Assembly (NCBI GenBank): GCA_031763465.1
Contig: JARFOE010000219.1
Coordinates: 12,273,203-12,314,098, forward strand
Length of the DNA stretch: 40,896 nt
Reading direction: 5' to 3'
Source of the DNA: Squatina squatina
Lineage: Eukaryota
The notes beneath the pieces are model-generated. The model saw only the letters and a program-made list of their open reading frames with translations. It was not told where the DNA came from and did no database searches. Made by a program: the position numbers and the translations under genes. Of the stretch, positions 1 through 12,083 are shown piece by piece (position 1 is the stretch's first letter; every line of letters begins with the position of its first letter).

Positions 1-354
1 TTAATCTAAAGTTTAACTCGCATATATTCTTTCGTGTGTCTCTCTGGGCCAATTAGCCTGGACTCAACCTCCGTACTGTGCATGTGTGCAGATCATGCTT
101 AAACACATCCTAATTAATTATAGTACACGGACGCCCATTTTATGTTCATATAAAAAATTGGATTTCGAACGTTGAGCTATCTCAAAGCACTCAACACATT
201 TTGGAGTGCAGCGACTTACATGAATAGAACAGCTATTCTGTGCACAGCTTACAATAACATAATAGCTTTCATCTAACGAAATGCCCCATACACTATCTAC
301 TGCAGCACAGGATGTTCCATCGTCAGTAAGTCACTTTATGAAACGTAGTCCCTT

Positions 355-545
355 CCCTCATCCCACCACTGGCGTGAGAGGTTTCACTCACCTAGCCTCT
401 ACTCTCTGGACTTCTCTCCCTGAATCCGTCAATCTCTCCACCTGCCCCTACTGCTTTCAAATCTCCCCAAAATCCCGTCACTTTGACCCACCCCTCCCTG
501 ATTCTGCATCCGTTTGCCACGTGACTCTTTGAAACACTGTAAGAT
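355..545 (+). mobile_element. degenerate L2-type LINE 3' fragment
   Basis: cctagcctctactctctggacttctctccctgaatccgtcaatctctccacc resembles the better-preserved L2 3' end at 10098-10415. Confidence 0.45.
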
Positions 546-574
546 TTTAACTGAAAACTTTTTAAAGTCCTACA

Positions 575-845
575 CAAATGCAAGCTGTTGTTACACAGGG
601 AAACACGACAGCCAAATCGCAGGCAGCCAAGTCCCACTTACAGAAATTGAGAGAAATGACCAGTTAATCTGTTTGGTGGAGTTGGGGTCTGTAATTCTAC
701 CCGACTATTGGAACAGGCAGACTTGACCTGGCTTCAACATCTCATCCAAAAGAAGCATCTCCAACAAGGCAGTACTCTCTGTGTTGATCAGCCTCGATTA
801 TTCACTATTTACTATGGTTATGAACCCAGAACCTTCTGACCCACA
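575..845 (-). mobile_element. degenerate DeuSINE/SacSINE1-like SINE
   Basis: Reverse complement matches blocks of the SINE copies at 12850 and 34975 (aatgaccagttaatctgttt, catctcatccaaaaga, aacccagaaccttctgac). Confidence 0.5.
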
Positions 846-1258
846 GCCAACCAGGCAAAGATCACAAATTCATGGATAGATCTCTCTCATTCAACTTTAT
901 TATGTCAACTGTCATGATCTATTTCAAGGTTATGGCACGTGAAGCAACTTTTGGAAGCCTTTCTCCCAAATCCATCACCATTTGAACAGAAAAAACTGTA
1001 TATTCATCAACATGGACAATTTATCATTGTCCCGTTAGAAATGTCCCGAGTACAGAAACTCTGCGCAAATTCCACTTTGATGAGCACGCTGCCTTTACAA
1101 TGTACAAAGTAATGGTTTGGACAGAAAACCATTGGCTCACCTGACTCACCTTTCCAAACCTCCCATCAGGTTCCTCACCATTTCACAAGACTATCCCTCA
1201 AACCAGCAACACACCTCATGCCAATACATATATACCAACACAGTTGTAAACAACGTAC

Positions 1259-1354
1259 CTCCTTTATACTTTCTTCATCAGGTCTCTGCAGCTCTGGATC
1301 ATCTTCATTTATGACTTCTTTAGGAATCAGATCTGTAAACTTGCTGTATATCAC
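1259..1354 (-). CDS. SNW1: SNW1 coding exon 4 (gene continues beyond the left edge of the window)
   Basis: VIYSKFTDLIPKEVINEDDPELQRPDEESIKE. Acceptor ttttcctatccag and donor GAG|gtacg; 96 nt, phase 0 to 0. Confidence 0.97.
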
Positions 1355-2056
1355 CTGGATAGGAAAAAAAAAGCAAACATTGATTTTCAAATGTATATCA
1401 TTAAAAAACACACAACACATTGGGCCTGAATTTGCGGCTGGAGGCCTCCCTCAGGGAAATGCCACCGATCCGCAAATAAAATCCACGTTACCTGCCTCGG
1501 GATCCAGAGACTCGCGCTCCTGGGTCTCTCCACGTAGGCATATTTAGAGACCCACGTATCCCAGGTGCACACGCGGTTTGCAAGCACCCTGTGATCACAT
1601 GGGCTTGGCCCAACCAATGAAAGAGGGATCCTCATACATGGTTATGGGGATTCCGTACTTGCAGAAAACCCGTAAGCATAAATGGGGATCATATAAAAAA
1701 TTACATTTACACACCACATAAATCAAAAAATTACATATTTAAAATTAATTAAAATACAATTTAAACATTTAAAACAAAAATTAAATTTTTTGAAAAATTT
1801 AAANNNNNNNNNNNNNNNNNNNNNNNNNNNNNNNNNNNNNNNNNNNNNNNNNNNNNNNNNNNNNNNNNNNNNNNNNNNNNNNNNNNNNNNNNNNNNNNNN
1901 NNNAAGAATCCGAGTGTGGAGCATTAATTCATAACAACACCAAGTCCGAGGATGGGAGTCCAAGCCTGCAATTTTACTGCTGGAAACAGAAGACAGGGCA
2001 ATTTAACAGGTCAGTGGAGAAGAATCGGACTGGCGTTGTGATACATGTTGCAGTAC

Positions 2057-2218
2057 CTTGTCTTTCGACTGTCCTTGCCTTGCAACAGCGTCAAATTTGA
2101 TCTTTCCCTCTGCATCCACCTGAACCGCCAGTGCATTGGATGCTTTTTTCTTGCGGCCCATTTCCAATGGAAACTGTGCCATGTGGACCTCTGGGAAGGC
2201 ACCTCCATCGCCAAAATC
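2057..2218 (-). CDS. SNW1: SNW1 coding exon 3
   Basis: DFGDGGAFPEVHMAQFPLEMGRKKKASNALAVQVDAEGKIKFDAVARQGQSKDK. Acceptor ttgtttctccag and donor AAG|gtac; 162 nt, phase 0 to 0, in frame with exon 2. Confidence 0.97.
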
Positions 2219-3618
2219 CTGGAGAAACAAAAAGAAAGACCAAATCATTACCAGCAAGAGTTGTAGAACCCAAAGTCACATTCAGAACCTCTGCAGGGAC
2301 CAAGTCATATTACCCATCTGAATTCTACGTAATATCGTCAGCTTTACTAATTGTATTTAGTTCAGAAAAAAAAATCAGGTTAATCTTTGTAAAATACTAA
2401 ATTAACAGCACACAGAGAGGTTTGTTTAGAAAAAGTTAACTGGTACTAGATTCACAGGGCATCAATTGTTACAGATTCTCAATTATACATCTGGTCCAAG
2501 TCCTCACATTCTTCAGACAGCTTAAGGCACTACTACTCCATCTTTTTGGAAAGTGGCCTCAATACAGCCTCTGCCCATTGCTCTCCTGTGTTTATATACT
2601 GACTGCTGCCCCCAAGCTCCTGTAGGTTTGTTGGAAGGCTTATGTGGAAAATGGGGACACATTTCTCTGCACAAGGCCTTGAATAGCCCTACAGAGACAA
2701 CACTATAATTCTCTTTGCATGTTAAAAGTTGCATCTAAAAAGTTCATCCGATTATAGGCAGGAAGAGGGAGCTGAGTCAGCCTCTTATGATGCTGCTTTG
2801 TGTTAAGATGCAAGTGTGACAATGTGCTCAACCTGCTTAGTGANNNNNNNNNNNNNNNNNNNNNNNNNNNNNNNNNNNNNNNNNNNNNNNNNNNNNNNNN
2901 NNNNNNNNNNNNNNNNNNNNNNNNNNNNNNNNNNNNNNNNNNNNNNNNNNNNNNNNNNNNNNNNNNNNNNNNNNNNNNNNNNNNNNNNNNNNNNNNNNNN
3001 NNNNNNNNNNNNNNNNNNNNNNNNNNNNNNNNNNNNNNNNNNNNNNNNNNNNNNNNNNNNNNNNNNNNNNNNNNNNNNNNNNNNNNNNNNNNNNNNNNNN
3101 NNNNNNNNNNNNNNNNNNNNNNNNNNNNNNNNNNNNNNNNNNNNNNNNNNNNNNNNNNNNNNNNNNNNNNNNNNNNNNNNNNNNNNNNNNNNNNNNNNNN
3201 NNNNNNNNNNNNNNNNNNNNNNNNNNNNNNNNNNNNNNNNNNNNNNNNNNNNNNNNNNNNNNNNNNNNNNNNNNNNNNNNNNNNNNNNNNNNNNNNNNNN
3301 NNNNNNNNNNNNNNNNNNNNNNNNNNNNNNNNNNNNNNNNNNNNNNNNNNNNNNNNNNNNNNNNNNNNNNNNNNNNNNNNNNNNNNNNNNNNNNNNNNNN
3401 NNNNNNNNNNNNNNNNNNNNNNNNNNNNNNNNNNNNNNNNNNNNNNNNNNNNNNNNNNNNNNNNNNNNNNNNNNNNNNNNNNNNNNNNNNNNNNNNNNNN
3501 NNNNNNNNNNNNNNNNNNNNNNNNNNNNNNNNNNNNNNNNNNNNNNNNNNNNNNNNNNNNNNNNNNNNNNNNNNNNNNNNNNNNNNNNNNNNNNNNNNNN
3601 NNNNNNNNNNNNNNNNNN

Positions 3619-3673
3619 GCAGGCTCAAAGGGCCTAATGGCCTACTCCTGCACCTATTTTCTATGTTTCTATA
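3619..3673 (+). mobile_element. CR1 LINE 3' terminus
   Basis: gggcctaatggcctactcctgcacctattttctatgtttctat: the typical CR1 tail with its octamer repeat, right after a gap. Confidence 0.8.
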
Positions 3674-3723
3674 TAGAATAAATTACAAGAGATTTGCTCA
3701 TGCCAAGACATTGTAGATGTTAC

Positions 3724-3877
3724 CTCCAAGGAGCGCGGAACCCATCCCTTTCTGTGCCCGTACGGTGGAGGTTCTCTCCGTGATGCCACTAAAGCAGTCT
3801 GTCTAACTCGTTGGGATCGAGCCTTTTCCTCAGCTTCCAGCTGGTCCTGGGACAGCTGCGTTGGTGCAGGCAGAAAA
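3724..3877 (-). CDS. SNW1: SNW domain-containing protein 1 (SKIP/Prp45), coding exon 2
   Basis: Translates (S)FLPAPTQLSQDQLEAEEKARSQRVRQTALVASRREPPPYGHRKGWVPRSLE, near-identical to the vertebrate SNW1 N-terminus. Acceptor ttttactttcaag and donor GAG|gtaa; 154 nt, phase 2 to 0. Confidence 0.97.
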
Positions 3878-4661
3878 CTTGAAAGTAAAAAAAAAATACA
3901 GTATTTTAATCCTTCCATTCGACAGGTGCAAGGCAAAGATACCCTGGCACCTCCACAATCACCAAAGTGGTGATACAGAGGCAGAGTTAGCCATGATTGA
4001 TAGAGGCTACAGCTAAGCAAAATCTGATGGACTTGGGATGCTTTCTTATCGAACACACTCTTTTTCACAGACATGTGCTGCACCAGAGACAAAGTGTAGC
4101 AGAGCAACAGACAGGCCTGGGGCACAAACCCAGCAACAACCTTTCAAGAAAGCCACTACTGCTTGGTGGACTGACAGGTCACCTTAAAGATTTCAGCAGG
4201 AGCTCATTCCTGGAACGATTTCAGCTCTGTGAACATCCTGTACCACAGAACAACCAGTACAAATTACTCAGAACAGCGATTCATCAAATTTTCAACATCA
4301 ACAAACCGAGTAAGATTGCTTCTCATCATCACAAAAAATGAGATCTGAGTATTAAGATTAACCACGCCTTTGGTGAGCATTTAGATGGCTTTATAAACCA
4401 ATCCCAGATAGACATATTTTTCCACAAAATGGATATACAGGAGACAACTCAGTGGACAGTACAGTCGCGGTAGACTGACAATCGTTCCTCTGTCTAAGTT
4501 TTTCTTCTTTGGCAATCCAAGCTGGTTCAAACTCATTAACTCACTGCATGCACACGGATCANNNNNNNNNNNNNNNNNNNNNNNNNNNNNNNNNNNNNNN
4601 NNNNNNNNNNNNNNNNNNNNNNNNNNNNNNNNNNNNNNNNNNNNNNNNNNNNNNNNNNNNN

Positions 4662-4693
4662 GCCTGCTCCTGCTCCTATTTTCTATGTTTCTA
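4662..4693 (+). mobile_element. CR1 LINE extreme 3' tail
   Basis: gcctgctcctgctcctattttctatgtttcta, right after a gap. Confidence 0.65.
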
Positions 4694-4699
4694 CCATCT

Positions 4700-5110
4700 C
4701 AGCGACTCTGTCAAAAGAGCCCATTACCTTAGTTAGACTTGAGCTACCTTTCACTAAACAGTGCTGATTCTCCCTAATCAGCTTATATATTTCCAAGGGT
4801 TTACCTACTAATGGATTATAGCAAATTTTCCAATGACTGATTTTTCCAGACTGGCTCGTAGTTTCTCGGTTTGCCCTTTCTTTCTTTTTGAATAAGGTGT
4901 AAAGTTTTCTACTTCCCAACCCAATCCTTATCAGAATTGAATGAGTTCTGAAGGATTATAACTGACGCATCCTCACCTTGTTTCTCATTTAATATAGAAC
5001 ATAGAACATAGAAATCTTTTGGATGGGAACTGGATGTGGAGATTTTCCCAGCTTCAATCCCACTATTTTATCCATTAGTTTTTCTGTTCATATTAATCCC
5101 TGTAAATCTT
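4700..5110 (-). mobile_element. degenerate CR1 ORF2 reverse-transcriptase fragment
   Basis: Minus translation TLFKKKER...LIRENQHCLVKGSSSLTK resembles CR1 RT PLFKKG...SQHGFVKGRSCLTNL. Confidence 0.65.
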
Positions 5111-5289
5111 TTCCCCATACTAATCTGTCATCCCTTCACCAAACTGTGGTCTTCTGTGTACCTCTGGTATTGAATCTTCCTCCATTGTGACCACCAAAAA
5201 CAAAGTATTAATTTAACATTCTGTCATGTCCTTACCCTCTACTGTCCTCTAACTGGTACTTTATTCCTCTCCACAGCATTCGATTATAG

Positions 5290-5465
5290 TTGGCTATTCC
5301 ATCCTCTTCCAACACCTCTTTTCCCCCATTGTCCAGCTCCGTGGGACAGCCCTTACATAGATCCACTCCTACCTATACAAACATAGTCAGAGCATCTCCA
5401 GCAATAGCTTTTCTTCCCACCCAACATTGTCACTTCCAGAGTCCCCAAGATCTATTCTTGACCTT
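5290..5465 (+). mobile_element. L2-type LINE RT fragment, 5' piece
   Basis: Ends in agagtccccaagatctattcttgacc, a decayed GVPQGSILGP motif. Confidence 0.6.
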
Positions 5466-5750
5466 CACAGGAACAGGAGGAAGCCATTCAGCCCCTCGAG
5501 CCTATTCCACCATTCAGTTTGATCATTGGCTGATCTGCATCTTAATTCCATTTACCCGCCTTGGTTCCATATCCCTTGTTGCACTTGCCGATAAAAATCC
5601 ATCATTCTCAGTTTTGAAATTGTCAATTTATCCCCAGCCTCAACAGCTTTTTGTGGGAAAAGTTCCAGATTTCCGCTATTCTTTGTGTGAAGAAGTTCTT
5701 CCTGACATCACTCCTGAACGGCCTAGCTCTAATTTTAAGGTTATGTCCCT
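5466..5750 (-). mobile_element. CR1 LINE 3' end nested inside the L2 RT
   Basis: ggaacaggaggaagccattcagcccctcgagcct is a reverse CR1 tail; it continues into reverse ORF2 C-terminal sequence. Confidence 0.8.
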
Positions 5751-5995
5751 CTACATAATCATCCACAGGTACAGCATCCGCTTCCACACACATGCTGGTG
5801 ACACCCAGCTCTGCCTCTCCAACACCTCTTTTGACCCTTTGACTGTCTTTGTCCTGTTGGACTTCCTTGTTGCATTCAGTCTTGGATTAAGCTTTAACTT
5901 CCTTCAGTTTAACTTTGGGCAAACGCAAAGCTATTGTCTTTGGCCTCTGCCCAAGTTCCGCTCCCTTGTGATTGATTTCATTCCCCCTCCCTGGC
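5751..5995 (+). mobile_element. L2-type LINE RT fragment, 3' piece
   Basis: IIIHRYSIRFHTHAGDTQLCLS is a decayed FHxYADDTQLYLS RT catalytic motif. Confidence 0.75.
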
Positions 5996-6011
5996 CACTC
6001 TTGGGCTGAAG

Positions 6012-6138
6012 TAGTCAGAAGGTTGTGCATTTGAGTCCCACTCCAGAGACTTGAGCATAAAATTTTTGACTTTCACTCCAGTGCAGTACTGAGGGAGCGC
6101 TGCACTGTCGGAGGTGCCGTCTTTCAGATGAGGAGTTA
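6012..6138 (+). mobile_element. SacSINE1/DeuSINE-like SINE, 5' half
   Basis: tRNA-like B-box region gagtcccactccagagacttgagc, then cagtgcagtactgagggagcgctgcactgtcggaggtgccgtctttc; cut by a gap. Confidence 0.75.
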
Positions 6139-7384
6139 NNNNNNNNNNNNNNNNNNNNNNNNNNNNNNNNNNNNNNNNNNNNNNNNNNNNNNNNNNNNNN
6201 NNNNNNNNNNNNNNNNNNNNNNNNNNNNNNNNNNNNNNGCCTAACAAACACGATTTCTGCATTCAAACATACAAACAGTGACCAATAGGAAAAGACCTTC
6301 TGATCCTGCCGGCCTGTCCCACACAATTGTCCTACCTTGTGTATCACAATATGGACAATCTCCGCCCCACCCGAAACCATGTGATCTCTTGGGAGAGGCA
6401 AAAAAACAGATTAAAAACGCAGGCCAATTTGTGTTTTTTTTTTAAAGACAGTTAATTGTGTCAGATATTACCCCATGTCTTTGAAATGCTAATGTAGTTG
6501 GATTTTCAGAATCATCTCGGGCATTTTAAACGACTTCTGCTATGGTGAAGTGTTAAGTGCAAATGAGTCGATGGGCAGCCAAGAGTCTGTCGTTCACGCT
6601 TTATGTATTTAAGTGCTAGAAATTATTAATATCCTGATTGCTTGACATTGAGAAAAAAAAATCCATTTGTTCTTCAAATGAGCTTGCCTTCAGTTGAAAG
6701 AAACTCGAGAATTGTATCAAGACAGTAGTCCGAGGACTTTTTTTTTTTAGTTCTTGGCTTTGTACTGCCTACTCAAATGTGGTTTCACAAACAAACCTGG
6801 AAGGGTTCACCGAGGGTCTTTACCTACAATAATTTGTCAGAAACATAGTCCAAAAGTTCTTGAAAGGAACTGCTGAAGTTACAGGGCTTTCTACTGTTTC
6901 GAAACAATTTATGTCTTTAAGCCAAATATTTCTGTACGGTTCTGCTTCTGCGTAATTATTTTACTTGGAAATAAACCCAACTATTAGTTTAGCCCAAATG
7001 TTATGGTCCAACCATGTTCTATTTACTGTCTGTTGCAATTGATGGGAGAAGGTGGTGGGCCTTTCCCTGCAATCTCCAGTAAAACTGGTGAAAGAGGCAC
7101 TTCGCTGCCCCGCTCACGGCACACATAAGGAGACAAGTTTCAGTTCATGGGAGACGCCCAAATGCTTACAGAGAATGCTTTTGTGCTGTGAGCATGAGTA
7201 AAAAGATCATGTAAGGAAGGCTGAACTGTAACACCAAAGCTCCATCTGGCTCTTCGGTGGTTGGTGAAGATCCCATGACACTATNNNNNNNNNNNNNNNN
7301 NNNNNNNNNNNNNNNNNNNNNNNNNNNNNNNNNNNNNNNNNNNNNNNNNNNNNNNNNNNNNNNNNNNNNNNNNNNNNNNNNNNN

Positions 7385-7512
7385 TCAGCCATGACTTGGC
7401 CACTTTTCCTGTTGTGTTTTTGCACCAGAAAGGAATGTATAACTGTTGCAATTCATTCACTCTTTCCTTAAATGATCGCCATTGCCAATGCCGATCTGCC
7501 GTCATGCCTTTA
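7385..7512 (-). mobile_element. CR1 ORF2 fragment (linker between endonuclease and RT)
   Basis: KGMTADRHWQWRSFKERVNELQQLYIPFWCKNTTGKVAKSWL, typical of fish/shark CR1 ORF2. Confidence 0.7.
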
Positions 7513-7518
7513 ATGAAG

Positions 7519-7690
7519 TCAGTGAGAAAGACACTGAGCGAGAGAGACAGAGAGCGAGAACCAGTGAGCAAGACACTGAGCGAGAGCCACAGAGTGAGCG
7601 TGAGAGCCAGTGAGCAAGACACTGAGCGAGAGACAGAGAGCAAGAGCCAGTGAGCGAGTGAGACAGTGAGCGAGAGACAGAGAGAGAACA
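7519..7690. repeat. GA-rich degenerate minisatellite
   Basis: Repeated cagtgagcaagacactgagcgagag units. Confidence 0.85.
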
Positions 7691-8084
7691 GACATTCACC
7701 TGATCAGTCTAGATTATATTTGATCCCAGGCCTCAGATGTTAAAGGATACGGGAAGGTTGATAAGGGCTCGCGATATCAGTATTGTATTGCTGGCCTGTA
7801 CAGGCAGTTGGAAACCGCAACTTGCTTATGGCCAGAATATAAAAATCAAACATGCTCGAAATGCAAACGGGAATCCTACAGAGGCACCAGCATTGCATAA
7901 TCAAGGGGCCGTGAGTGTTACCACCTTCTGAAAAGGTTTTTAAAAAATCATAAAAGGAGGTGGGATCCGGGGAGATTTTGTCAGCTCTCCTCAGCCCAAA
8001 GAAAAGGATGCAAAAACTACTTTTTCAGCAACAAAATCACAAATGGGTTTGGATGAAGAAGACCCTTGAGCCTATTTGATCTCT

Positions 8085-8455
8085 TGGGGTTGCCAACCCT
8101 CCAGAATTGGCCTGGAGTCTCCAGGAATTGAAGATTAGTCTCCAGAACACTGCTGTGAGCAACCCAGGAGAACAATCGTTGGAGTATTAAAAATAAATTG
8201 TGATTTTTGCATTTTCTTTGAATACTTACATTTATTAGCCTTAAAAATATTGGGAGATGGAGAAATAGAGCTGTTTGGATTAATCTTGACTGTTAGTCAA
8301 TTAGGTAGCAAAGAGTCTGTTCCTTTTCCAATTGGCTGTGGGAAGGCAGTGCATCAAGATGGACCAATGGCAGGTGTGTGTGGGCGGGATGGTTCGGGCG
8401 GGAGGTCGTGTGATGAAACCTCCAGGAATACACCCAACCAGGGTTGGCAACCCTA
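8085..8455. mobile_element. non-autonomous DNA transposon (hAT/Blackjack-like MITE), about 370 bp
   Basis: Terminal inverted repeats tgGGGTTGCCAACCCT (8085) and AGGGTTGGCAACCCta (8455). No clear 8-bp target-site duplication remains. Confidence 0.75.
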
Positions 8456-8867
8456 TTCCAGAATACCAGCTCTACTATACAAGACCAGTTTGAATGAAGC
8501 AGGTCCATCCGCCCTGTCCTCCTGGACACAGCAGGTATGCAGTCTAGGGGAAGGGCGGAGCATGGAGAGGTGCAAAAGCTCGGGGAAAGCAGAGGGAACC
8601 GCTTTGTTTGACTCGTGCTGCATTGTGTGTGAGCCTTGAGAAATCGTAGTTTCATATTGAAGCATCCAGAGTCAGTCCTATCCTGGCTGTTACATCTCCA
8701 TGATAGATCATATTAAAGACACATTTTTGCACAGTTACTGCATTGTACTTACAGTGTGGTTTAAATACTCATGCAAGTCCTCTTCAAAGTAAAGTACCAT
8801 CGATACTTAGCACTGTTTTACTTACTATACAAGTGGACATGCCTACTGTATTCATTAAATGTATTAC

Positions 8868-8913
8868 AGACAAACACAGACACAGATACCCATAACACAT
8901 GCACATATAGAAC

Positions 8914-8953
<40 letters not shown>

Positions 8954-9107
8954 ATACACATACAAAGACACACACAAATATATATATGACTATTAATACA
9001 CACAAACATACAAACACACTAACGCACACATACCTACACACATAGATATACATACATACACAAAATGATACACATACACACACCCACATGTATACAAACA
9101 GATATAC

Positions 9108-9143
<36 letters not shown>
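8868..9143. repeat. compound microsatellite: CA-rich, (TA)n and (TG)n
   Basis: (TA)n at about 8918-8946, a degenerate CA tract, and (TG)n at about 9110-9142. Confidence 0.9.
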
Positions 9144-9145
<2 letters not shown>

Positions 9146-10097
9146 CATGTTTAAAACTTCTGTCGCTTTAGTGCCACGCATTGATTATTTACCCATCGTA
9201 ATTAAATTCTCCCATCAAAATTCTTTGAAACCTAATCACTCATTTGCCTGCAGGCGCCGCTTCCCTTATTAAATAAGCTGCAGATTACAACAATAAATGC
9301 TGGCAAATAATCTTTGACAGGAGAAATCATTTGCACTGAGGAAAAAAATGAAGGGTTCTATTTTTCGAAGATCCAACTGAAACCAAAGCCGAACGTGCAA
9401 ACACTGGAAAGGGGATTGTATGAGTGAGGATGAGGCACCCTGCTAGTTTGCTGTGTAACAAACGAGCCTTGTCCATCCCTGTAGACCAGAGACAGATGTA
9501 ACTTGCCGATCCAGCAGCACAATGTTGGCAGAAGATTAGCAGATCAGTGCTTAATGAGGCTGTCTCATTCATCAACTGAAGGTGTTCAGTTGCTCAAATG
9601 TTGCCTGGGAATTCAGACCAGAGCCACAAGCAATCGATGAACAGGAGTGCAGATCGGATTCCTATCATTCACTGGGGCCTTCTGGACATACCCAGAACAG
9701 AATGAGGCAGGCCAGCAATTGAAGTTGGATTTCTCGCTAATCCAGTGAGCGGCCTTAGTGGCTTATTGACCACAAAACGCCGTAAGTCATCTTGGACCTG
9801 GTGACTAATCGTCTTGTTGGCAACCTCACAGTGGTTGAATTTTAACACTGATTCTTGTCCCAGTTTTTCTGCCTTGCTCGCAGTGTTCTTGCACTCCCAG
9901 TTCCTTCGTGTGCCAAATGCTTTCATTCCAAAACAACATATTTGGTGCATCTCGACCTCCCTGGATGGACCAGTTTGGCAATGCAGGGCATGGTCCTGTT
10001 GGGGTAAATCCCTGGACCGTCCCATTGGCCTAGCTCGACCGGCAAGCAACGGTTAGCCTCAGAAGTCCTAATATAGGGATGGGAATGGAAACTGGGA

Positions 10098-10415
10098 TCG
10101 TAATCTCCTCCAGTTCTACAACCCTCCGAGATCTCTGCGCTCCTCCAACTCTAGCCTCTCGCGCATCCCCGATTTTAATCACACCAGAATTAGTGGCCGA
10201 GTCTTCAGCGGCCAAGGCCCTAAGGTCTGTAATTTCCTCCCTAAACCTCTCCGTCTCTCTACCTCTCTTTCCTCCTTTAAGACACTCACTAAAACCTACC
10301 TCTTTGACCAACCTGTCCTAGTATCTCCTTACAGGGCTCAGTGTCAAATTTTGTTTGCTAACGCACCTGCTAAGTACCTTGGGATGTTTTACATTAAGGG
10401 CAAGTTGTTATTGTT
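10098..10415 (+). mobile_element. L2-type LINE 3' end
   Basis: ORF2 C-terminus (ccctaaggtctgtaatttcctccctaaacc...aaaacctacctctttgacc), then a tail ending gcaagttgttattgttg. Confidence 0.8.
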
Positions 10416-11166
10416 GGATAAGCTCCCTGAATCATCAGAGGGGTTCGGCCGTATGTGTATGAGTTCTGACTAATCCAGTTGAGTGTGAGTCACAGGCAGT
10501 ATGCACTTCTCTGACCACTTCCTTGTATCACTCTCNNNNNNNNNNNNNNNNNNNNNNNNNNNNNNNNNNNNNNNNNNNNNNNNNNNNNNNNNNNNNNNNN
10601 NNNNNNNNNNNNNNNNNNNNNNNNNNNNNNNNNNNTGGATGCGATGGTTGTGCTGTATATAATATGATTGCCGCACTGATTAATCCTCAAAAAAGTGATG
10701 GAGGCGTATCTGTTTGCCTGCATAACAGTCACTGTACATCAGAGTAATTCATTATACATGGAGTGCTCTGAGATTCTCTCAGATACATGGTAAGGCACAA
10801 TATAAATGCAAATCTTCCCCTTCTTTTATCTGTTTCAAAGTAGGAATGAAGGTTGTAGGTGTACGTAGAGACACAGATAAGTCAAATGCTCCAGGGAACA
10901 CAATGGTTCCAGTTTTGCTGAGACCAACAAAATTAAACTGGTGCTCATCGAATGCAACTTCCAGGATTGAATTGTGGAGATTTGAGGATATAAGAATATT
11001 CCAGAGTTTTGCTTGTTTATATTTGGGGATCTGGAGCATTTTTACAGAACTTTCACCTGGAGATTAAATGGATGAGGCAAGTTGAACGATGGGGCAGATT
11101 GCATACAGCCTGTGGAAGGAATGAGTTTGATGGGTTAAATGACCTCTTCTCTACACACTTCCTTAC

Positions 11167-11285
11167 TTGGGTTGCCAACCCTTCTGGATTGTCCTGGAGT
11201 CTTCCGGAATTGAAGTTTTTTTCCCCTGGACGCTCCCGCGGACAATACGGTAGAAAAATCATAAGGGACATTTTCTTCTCTTGTT
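11167..11285. mobile_element. second, truncated copy of the hAT-like MITE (left end)
   Basis: gggttgccaacccttctggattgtcctggagtcttccggaattgaag aligns to 8087-8133; a gap follows shortly. Confidence 0.7.
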
Positions 11286-11948
11286 TCACAACACACAGCA
11301 ATGANNNNNNNNNNNNNNNNNNNNNNNNNNNNNNNNNNNNNNNNNNNNNNNNNNNNNNNNNNNNNNNNNNNNNNNNNNNNNNNNNNNNNNNNNNNNNNNN
11401 NNNNTAAAAGACCGCAGAAAACACAGGCCTACGTGGTTTTGGGCGCGGCTCACTTACATTTAATAGTCCCCAATCTTTAGCGCTGGTTCGGCCGATTCTG
11501 TCCAGATTGCACTGGAAGCTGGGCGCAAAACTAACAAACTTCCCTGCACCCTTTATCTTTAGGGTTTACGCTAACATTTTTAAAAGTCTGAATGGGGGCA
11601 CCATCTAACCACTGATGAGTGAATCGGACTTTATTGCACTGGATCAAAGCGGAGGTACTTGCAGAACTGCATTATAAACTGTACCCATTGAACACGACTG
11701 TATCTTTTATTTTTTCAACTGGAATGGCATGGGCATCAGCAAATGACCGGTGAAGCCATTCGATAGACGATGGGATAGGTTTAGCCAACACTGTACGATG
11801 GAAGTGCCCAGATAACATTGATAGAATGATTGTAAACTCACTGCGACCACGATGGGAGAGTCTTGCAGGGGTCGGCTGGCATAAGGTGCAATGAAAAGAT
11901 TGATTGGGACTGAAAGGAGCTCTTACTTCAGTGGTTGAGCAGTAGATT

Positions 11949-12083
11949 TACATAGAATTACATTACATAGAATCCACCGCACAGATACAAGCCATTTGGC
12001 CCAATTGGTCCATGCCGGCGTTTATGTTCCACACGAGCCTCTTCCCACCCCTCTTCGTCTAACCTCATCAACATATTCTTCTA
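11949..12083 (-). mobile_element. CR1 LINE 3' end
   Basis: tacatagaattac...acagatacaagccatttggcccaa...cacgagcctcttcccacccc; same subfamily as the copy at 23055. Confidence 0.7.

Noticed and set aside
2800-3681. Long ORFs of 263-293 aa, and the many other X-containing ORFs
   Set aside because: They are artefacts of translating N gaps.
3661-4125. 154-aa minus ORF as a full gene
   Set aside because: Only 3724-3877 is SNW1 exon 2; the flanks are intron.
5290-6009. 239-aa ORF
   Set aside because: Chimeric read-through of decayed L2 RT and an antisense CR1 tail; the catalytic YADD is mutated to HAGD.
7519-7690. Regularly repeated units suggestive of a CRISPR-like array
   Set aside because: Low-complexity GA minisatellite without unique spacers, in vertebrate DNA.
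10779-11056. Open minus-strand frame after a ctccag acceptor
   Set aside because: No convincing donor, no recognisable protein, and no frame-compatible link to neighbouring candidate exons.
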